Of a stretch of 64,000 bases of DNA, positions 55,393 through 64,000 are shown piece by piece (the stretch's first letter is position 1; every line of letters begins with the position of its first letter). The stretch lies in contig OZ231126.1 of the NCBI GenBank assembly GCA_965153355.1, positions 14,880,001 through 14,944,000 on the forward strand, read 5' to 3'. The notes under the pieces are model-generated. The model saw nothing but the letters and a program-made list of their open reading frames with translations. It did not search any database and was not told where the DNA came from. The DNA comes from Flaccisagitta enflata (lineage: Eukaryota). A program made the position numbers and the translations under genes.

Positions 55393-56218
55393 CATTACTG
55401 ATCCTGATGTTGAAAGTTCCGCTGACAAGCGATGGAGTTGCTGCTGTTGCTGCTGTTGCTGATGTAGCTGCTGTTGCTGATGTAGCTGCTGTTGCCGATG
55501 TCGGCGGTTTGTTGTCGGGAATCGCCGAAGTTTGCGCCATTGAGGAAGATGGCGCCGGATTTGAGGACGTGGTTGACACCGCAGAGGAAGACGACGTCGG
55601 ATCCGATGAAGACGTCTTCCTCTCTTCCAACGCCGCTTTTTCCTTCAACGCGTTGAATTTGCGTTGAAGCGGCGCCAAGTTGGCGAGAATGGAGGCGCCT
55701 TCGAGTTCGAACGGCGTCAAATTGTGATACGCGGCGCCGGAAATCGAAAGAGTATTCATGACGTCATCCTCCTCCTCTTCCTCCTCCTCGTCGGCGACTT
55801 CCGATCGTGGCGACGACGAGTTGGAAGATGCGGCGTCGTAGGAATTGTCCATCATCATGGAGGAATTCGACGAGGAAGTCGAGGACGACGTTTCCGACCA
55901 GCCGTTGCAGGAAGAGACTTCTTCGCCTTCTTCATCTGGCGAGGTGCCGACGTCGTAGTTGGCGTCAGGAAGAGCGCCGCCTCCGAACGCCGCCTCCTCT
56001 AGTTGAGGCCGTCTTCGAGAGGCGTCGCCGCTAAAAACGACGCCGTTGCTGACGCTGCTGACGCCGTTGCTGACGCCGCTGCCATTGACACCGTTATTGC
56101 CGCTGCTGAGGTCGGCGTCGAGGCGATGAGGAGAAGGAAAATGATGTTGATGATGATGATGACCCCATGAAGGCAAAGCCTTCTTCGCCTTGGCGCCGAC
56201 CAGAAAAGCTCGCGGCAT
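55393..56218 (-). CDS. scrt: scratch-like Snail-family zinc-finger repressor, coding exon 1 (SNAG domain)
   Basis: ORF begins MPRAFLV, the canonical SNAG motif. It ends at AAT G|gtgagt, a phase-1 donor at 55392 that joins exon 2 in frame. Confidence 0.9.
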
Positions 56219-56819
56219 TTTGACTGTTCCTTTATAGGAGATCCACTATCTCCTCCTCCTCCTCCTCCTCCCCTTTCTTAAGGATTCGTCACCGGCGTCT
56301 TCGAGTGAAACCCATAGTCATGGAGAATGTTTGTGTCTAGTGAAACGTGAATTGATATATTATTTCCGAGCGAAAGATACGTTTTGAGAGAGCAACGCGA
56401 GATCGGAGGGTCAGCTTTTGTGTTTTGTTTTTTTTTTTTTTTTTTTTTTTTTGGTTATAGCGGAGTAGTTTTTTTGGTTTTAGGGGATTTGTTCCACGCG
56501 TAATGAGAGAAAATGGTATTTTTAGTCTTTTTTTTTTCTTAAGGCTCAAAATGCGAAGGTTTGGAAATTTATAAACGCCGTTTTATTACGTTATGGTTAT
56601 TCTTAATTCTTTATTTGGAGTAGTCGTTTGTTAATCATTTAGCGAAAAAAAGGAGATAAGGCGGTAGAAGGAAATAAACAGCCAAGAAGCGGCGATCGCG
56701 GATGAAAAAAAAATCAGAAAATTGTCGCGATGATTTTATGTGTCATCGAGAGGATGTTTGTGTCTCTCTCGCTGTGGTTCTGAAGGTTGGGTTGTGTCAC
56801 CGCACCGCTAGCGCTGCTC

Positions 56820-56827
56820 CTTTTATA
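56820..56827 (-). promoter_or_regulatory. candidate TATA box of scratch
   Basis: cgTATAAAAGg on the minus strand about 600 bp upstream of the ATG, between a GC-richer leader and upstream microsatellite-rich DNA. No transcript evidence. Confidence 0.4.
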
Positions 56828-56955
56828 CGGAACAAGAGGGGAAATAGGGAAGAGGAAGAAGATCGGTGGCAGAAGGGCTGGGACAATGGAGAATTGAGGG
56901 GGGCCGACGAGAGAGAGATGGCACGGGCCGAAAAGAAAAGAAGAGGATGAGAGAA

Positions 56956-56994
<39 letters not shown>

Positions 56995-57349
56995 TTCTGT
57001 TGCGGAGTTTTTCTCGGTCGTGTTGAAAGAGAGTTTGTGTGTGTTTTCCTGTTTTATAATTTCTTTATTTTTTTGTCTATTTGGAAGGCCTTTGGCATAG
57101 ATTCGCGGGGCCGAAAAAACAGAAAAGAAATGAATAAAATGAATAAGAAACGAAAGAAAAGATGGATAAAAGGGAAAGGAGAGGAGAGAGAAATGGAGGC
57201 AAGCAGGCCGAAAGGGAAGCAAGCAAGCAAGCAAGGAAAAAAGAGGAAAGAAGCTTTGAACAGAAAGAAACAAACAAAGAAACCAAATAGAAAGAAACAA
57301 AGAAACAAAGAAAGAATGAAATAAAAACCAAATGAAAGAAAGAAAAGAA

Positions 57350-57434
<85 letters not shown>

Positions 57435-57547
57435 GGAGAATTTGAGAAAGTCAATTCGATCGCGGAGGTTTTTCTTTCGCATTTTGCGAAAGAAGAGCCA
57501 TGCCAATTATCGATAAACTCTGTGGAGGAAAGGAAAGAAAAAATTAT

Positions 57548-57616
<69 letters not shown>

Positions 57617-58289
57617 AGACAGAGAGAGAGAGACAGGGAGACAGAGAGACAGACACAGAGACAGACACAGACACAGAGACTGAAAGGGGGAAAGGGATAA
57701 GTAGAGAGTAAAACAAAATGGGGTGGTTGGGGTGGATGGGGTTGGATTAAGGGGTCTAATTTAAAGGGGAGGCAGTTGTAATGAAACAACATTTCAGAGG
57801 AAGGCAGCAAGAAAAAACAATTTCGATCGGCGATAAGCTGATAAACAAACATTTGAACGAATGCCACATCAGTTTTAAAAGGATTATGCAAAAAAAAAAA
57901 AAGAGAAAGAAAAGAAAAAAAACACGAGCAGAGTTTGACGTACGTGCAACCTGCTCATGCACTCTGAATCCACTCAATATCCAACATGGTTGGAAGTCAC
58001 AGCCAAACACACAACAAGTGAAACTGTAAGCGTCTTATATCCAGACACATGCTCAAACATCGGCGCGTGCACGCACAGACATTCACACACATTCGCGACC
58101 AGACATTCAGTCAATGTCAAGTCACACTCGCGCTCATAAATCACAAACACACAATCACAATCAAAGATCACGGAAGCAAACAGACGCCCAGTCTACGGTC
58201 TGGCGAGTTCCTCCTCATTCTCGAGTGTCCCCATGGTGCTGCCCATCTGTCCCCCGAAAAAAAAGAAGATCATATGGCCCCGTTTCTAA

Positions 58290-58372
<83 letters not shown>

Positions 58373-58715
58373 TATGAGCCCCTCTTAAAATTGGAACATC
58401 CAGAATGAATAGAATGAAAGAAATGATGGGCGGAAATCATTTTTTGGGTCGCGCAAATCCGTGTCAAAGTAACACAAACACGTTCGCCGTTGATGAGCAC
58501 GTTCCTGTTTTGTGTTGTCAGTGTTGCCACCATAGCTGGTGGTGTCTCCACTGAATATTGGTAACTACACTTCCACGCGTAATACAACGTGAAGATTGCA
58601 AAAACCGTAAAAACGGTCAGCACCCCTACCTACAGCTTAGGACAAAGCTTCAACAGGGTCATATGGGGTATCATTCTGTAGCTTGTCACAGTACGATTTA
58701 CGCCACCGGGGCGAT

Positions 58716-58869
58716 TTTTAGTTGCGGACACGCAACTCTATAAGAGGCTTTGTCCGTCCGTCCGTCTGTTGGTTGGTCCGTTGGTGAGCACGAGTCGAAA
58801 AGTGTGAAAATGCGCATTTCCGCTCCTGCCCACCCGTCCGCAACTGATGGCCGTGTATCCGGCCTTGTT
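58716..58869 (+). mobile_element. Helentron-associated/DINE-1-like element nested in a small TIR element (58693-59010)
   Basis: tttt-agttgcg...cgcaact, GTCC tract, ggccgtgtatccggccttgtt. Host TIRs tttacgccaccg / cggtggcgtaaa. Confidence 0.7.
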
Positions 58870-59393
58870 TAATTTCACTCACGTTCTTGAAAAATTCTAC
58901 CCCGAACATTGGCGGGGGACACCCCCTTAAAAAGCCAAAAATCCTCCTTTTGGGTGAATATCTCTTGAACGGAAGCGAAATTCAAAATTCGCCTCGGTGG
59001 CGTAAATTGTATTGAGATAACCTATTAAATGATACCACACATGACCATTTGACTATGGCGACATGAGCTGCAAGGGGGGGTGCTATACGTAATCTTCACG
59101 TTGTATTCAACGTGCGTGTGTATATGCACCTTTTTCATGTCTGTCAGTTTTTCTGCCTGTGAAAAAATAAAAAACAGATACATTTGCTATCTGCTGCACA
59201 TCTTTCTTTAAAGACTTGTCTTTCTCTAGGTCTCTCTCTTTCTCTGTCTTCATGGCTGTCTACCTGTGTAGAGCCGCTCATTTGTTACATAAGTGGGATG
59301 ACAAAAATGAAACTCGTATGGGCCGTAGGAAGGATGTCTTTTTGCCCTCGATACTCGTGCGGGGAGTTCTGTCCGGCTGTTGAAAAAAAAAAT

Positions 59394-59489
<96 letters not shown>

Positions 59490-59599
59490 CACTGCGTATC
59501 AGACGTGACTTCTGGCATAATTTTCTGCTCGATCTCTCGGTTCTGTCGCGCGCGACTATGTTGATCGAGCGAACAAGTCCTTTTTTACCCTTTCAACCA

Positions 59600-59848
<249 letters not shown>

Positions 59849-60564
59849 GCTGTCTTTCAACAAATTTTTTTCATTTTCCCTTCGTGAATGGAGAATCGCG
59901 TAAAATGGAAACTATGGAACGTGGACAAAAGAGTTGTGGATTTGCGGTTTTCGATCCATAATCGCAGTTCAGCTGTTGCCTCTTTTTTTTTCCTTCTTCT
60001 GATGTTTCCATGTTTGCTTGCTTTTGTGTGTGTGATCGTGTTTAGAGGGGAAGATGGGACTTATCAAAAATTGAACATAACCATAACTAAAGAGATTGTG
60101 AGCAACAATATTTCCATACTGGTCCAAAAAAGTGAACTTCATCAAGTAGTTACCTTGTTAATTGTTTAGATTTTTTTTTTTTTTTTTTTTTGAACACTGA
60201 AATCGGATAATCCATTGATTATTGATAACAACAGTGTGGCCATTATTTGTGGCCAACATGACATAAGAAATTTCCACTGTTGTTTGCATTTATTAATTCA
60301 TTCATTTGATCATGGACAACGACTTGTCTCTTGACCAAAACGTGATAACAGAAGGCAATATATGTACAACCTTGTTAGCGCCATCAGTTATGGCCCCACG
60401 GCAATGGTCATCATAAAATCCTACTAGACCAGGTCCTTCTAGCCTAAAGGGGCGATCGAAGATTACAGCCAATGGCAAGAAGAGGCAACAGGCATCAGAG
60501 GGATGAGCAGATGGAGTGGCAATAAAACACCAGATTGTATTGGACATTCATGGACCAGAAGATA

Positions 60565-60752
60565 AACAAGGCCGGATACGCGGCCACCAGTTGCGGACGG
60601 GTGGGCAGGGGCGGAATTGCGCATTTTCCCACTTTTCCACTCAAGCGTGATGGACCAACCAACCAACCGACCGACCAGCCAACCAACCAACCGACCGACG
60701 GATGGACGGACGGACAAAGCCTCTTATAGAGTTGCGTGTCCGCAACTAAAAA
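60565..60752 (-). mobile_element. Helentron-associated/DINE-1-like element
   Basis: Reverse-complement copy of the 58716 subfamily. Confidence 0.7.
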
Positions 60753-60938
60753 GAAGAAAAAAAAGGTCAGGACGTTACAATCAATCAAGTGACTTCTGAC
60801 TATGTCAGCATGAAAGCTACGTGACGTCTCCCTTCACCAGTCCATCTTTGCCATCTCTTCTCTCTCTCGCTCTCGCTCTCGCTCTCGCTCTCTTTCTCTT
60901 TCTCTTTCTCTTTTTCTTTTTCTTTTTCTTTTTCTTTT

Positions 60939-61042
<104 letters not shown>

Positions 61043-61098
61043 ATTCTACCCCTGTAATTATGGAATTGGGGTGTTATTAGAGAGTTGTAACGCCATCA

Positions 61099-61196
<98 letters not shown>

Positions 61197-61346
61197 GAGA
61201 GAGAAAAAAGTTAGCCAGATAATCAGAACAATAGACCGACAGACAGACAGGCAGACAGACAAGCAGACTTGTAGACAGACTGATGGAGAGACAGGAAGGC
61301 GCATGGGTAGACAGAGAAAGAATGTTAAGGACAAAAAAACATAGAG

Positions 61347-61378
<32 letters not shown>

Positions 61379-61979
61379 AACAAGTTTGGACAAGAACGGC
61401 TGTGAAGCATGGCTTAGACCCATGTGGTAACCAACAAGAATTGATATTGAAATTTGTAAAGTAACGGGGTACTTCTTGTGGTAAACGGTTTTCTTTTGAT
61501 TAGTTGAATGATACGGTTTTCCAGTAGATGGTAAATGGAACTAGGCCTTCTTTCATTTATTGCAGTTTGGGTTTATTGATAGAGAGATATGGTTCCATTT
61601 GTCATAACTCATATATGCATCATGCAACAACTCATCGAGAACGGTAAATGTTGCGCGATATGGGTAGTCCAATCGCCTATCAGACGACCAATCAAGAACA
61701 AATGGACAGAATATTCGATGACCGAAAGGACAGAAGACCGATATTGATGGACAGAACCAAAAAAGACAGAAGTCCAACACCGCTGGAGACAACATTCATT
61801 TTGCATACCGAAGACACCAGAAGGCCCATCATGTTATTTGATGGATACATAAGATAGCCAGAAGCCAAATTTTTTAAAGCAACATATGGAAGCGAAGCGT
61901 GACTATCGCGTTGGCCCAGTCTCTCGCGTTCTTCTCGCTGTTTATGACACTTGTGGCATCGGGATTAGATATTTTATCC

Positions 61980-62530
61980 TTTTCTTCTCCTCCGTCTTTT
62001 CTTTTCCCTTCTCTACTTCTACTTCTTCTTTTTTTCTTTTTTCTTTTTTTTTTAATTCTTCTTTTTCCCCCTCTCCTTCTTCTCCTTCTCCTTCTTCTTC
62101 TTTTTTTTCTCCTTGTTTTTCTTTTTTTTTCTTCTTTTTCTTCTTCTTTTTCCCATTCTTCTTATTCTTTTTCTTTTTCTTTTTGTTCTTCTCCTTCTTC
62201 TTCTTCTTCCTCTCCTATTCTTTTTTTTTCTTCTTATTCGTTATCTTTTTTTCTTCTTCTTCTTCTTCTTCTTCTTCTTCTTCTTCTTCTTCTTCTTCTT
62301 CTTCTTCTTCTTCTTCTTCCTCTTCCTCTCCAATTTTCTTTATCTTTGTTTTTTCCTCTTATTCGTTTTCTTGTTTTTTCTTCTTCTTCTTCTTCTTCTT
62401 CTTCGTCTTCTCCTTCTTCTTCTTCTTCTTCTTCTTCTTCTTCTTCTTCTTCTTCTTCTTCTTCTTCTTCTTCTTCTTCTTCTTCTTCTTCTTCTTCTTC
62501 TTCTTTTTTCTTCTTCGTCTTCTTCTTCAA
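61980..62530. repeat. (TTC)n / polypyrimidine low-complexity tract
   Basis: Directly visible. Confidence 0.95.
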
Positions 62531-62962
62531 CTCCTTCATCTTTTTTCTTTCGGTCAAAATTTTCAGCCGTCTTCCTCGACATCGCCTCTGGGAATCTAGC
62601 CTTTGATGATGAGCCTCTTTTCCTCATTTTTTTTCCCTAAAAATCTTGTTATTCTCGCCTTTGGGGGTTTGCTGTTGGTCACCTCTGGCGAAGATGCCTT
62701 TGGGGGTTTGCTGTTAGTAGCCCCTCGCGCTTGAGGCTTTAGGGGTTGTTTTATGCGTTGCCTCCTCGTTGGTCTGTCAGCGGCTCGAGGACTTTGAAAA
62801 TGAGGAGGCTAAGGAAATGAGTCTTGTTAATTAGGACTAACGGAAAAGATGATCGCCTTGGGGCACGATGGAGATTTTTGCGTTTTTTTTTTCGCAAAAA
62901 AAAAAACTAATCTTGGCAAAATAGGAATTATCAACAGCGGACCTGTTGTACGCGTTGCTGTA

Positions 62963-63571
62963 CTACCTAGGAAATAATTATAGCACCAACCGAGGGATAG
63001 TTCAATTTTTCATCCTAATATCACATGAAACATTCCGCCGATAGTATTTGTATTTCATATAACCTTTTACTTAACTGAATTATCCAATTTCATCACTGGG
63101 AGGCAATTTGTAAACCATTATTTACTTATAATCATACTGTTATTCCACTGCTTTTGATGGACAATTGTAGACTGATTATTTTAAAGATATGTTTGTACTT
63201 TTTTGCTTGTCATTTCTAAACGGATAAAGCTACAGCAACCAGATTGCGCTCATCTTGTAGATTTTTCGACATAGATTAATTTGCTTTTTTTAAAAACTCT
63301 CTAGCATTTCTGGAAGCCGAGATAATCTAATTTGGAGGTGTCTCTAATTTACCCTCATTCATACTTGATCAATTATTTTGCAAATTCCAAAATGGCTGTT
63401 TTTACTCTTTTTGTTATCATTTTTTAACGAAAAAAGGTACAGATACCAGATTGCACTCATCTTGAAGATTTTTTGATGTAGAATAATTTCTTTTTTTTAA
63501 AAAGTATCTAGCTTTTCTTGAAGCAGAGATATTTTAAGTTGAAGTTGGTGCTATATTTATTTCCTAGGTAG
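62963..63571. mobile_element. TA-flanked Tc1-like MITE
   Basis: ta-ctacctaggaaataa..tatagcaccaac / gttggtgctata..ttatttcctaggtag-ta. Internal direct repeat at about 63240 and 63448. Confidence 0.75.
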
Positions 63572-64000
63572 TATGACTCTGTCCCTTCATGTTGACGAAT
63601 AGAATAAACCTCATACGAGAGCGTGAAGCACTTGCATGATATGCTTTCACTAGGGCTATGTTTGACGTGAAGTATGCTTGTTGAATCAGTATCATTTCAT
63701 TTTTCACGATGGTCTTTGATATTTTGGCGGTATCATCTTTATCTCCACGCTAAATTACCTTCTTGCGCACCCCATTACATCAAGTTTTCTCTCTAAACGA
63801 TTGTTTGACGGAACGTATCTTTGTGTGGCTGCAAAGCCTGGATATGTACAGTAGATGTCGTCTAGACTTGGAAATACGGGGGAGCTCATAACCTCAGCAT
63901 CAGTACAGTGAGGGGACTGATATTTTGCTAGTGTAATGTATAGACCCTAAGGGGTTGACGATGGGGTATGGCATCCCCCTACGGCTTACCTTACAAAAAA

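Noticed and set aside
61550-61800. Possible GIY-YIG (Penelope) C-terminal fragment
   Set aside because: Only faint resemblance (FTVLD..., KPKL) across frames; not supportable without a search.

Overview
Repeat-rich invertebrate (metazoan) genomic DNA. It contains two host genes, both on the minus strand. One is a complete two-exon Snail-family scratch gene (SNAG domain, Scratch motif, 5 C2H2 fingers; CDS 56218-55393 + 53506-51129, about 1067 aa). The other is the last three coding exons of an ABCB/P-glycoprotein transporter (24175-20251). Between them lies a 5'-truncated, frameshifted Bel/Pao LTR retrotransposon with an unusually long, ORF-rich region between pol and the 3' LTR. The first 13 kb is a giant fold-back whose left arm is about 20% shorter and garbled, most likely a long-read hairpin artefact. 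The remainder is dense with Helentron-associated/DINE-1-like elements (some carrying 10-bp and 20-bp tandem arrays), TA-flanked Tc1/mariner-type MITEs, hAT MITEs with 8-bp TSDs, and microsatellites. The most intriguing unexplained signal is a cluster of four 65-70 nt hairpins at 48159-48806, downstream of scratch, with a conserved core and compensatory outer stems. All alignments were done by eye, and boundaries of degenerate repeats are approximate.
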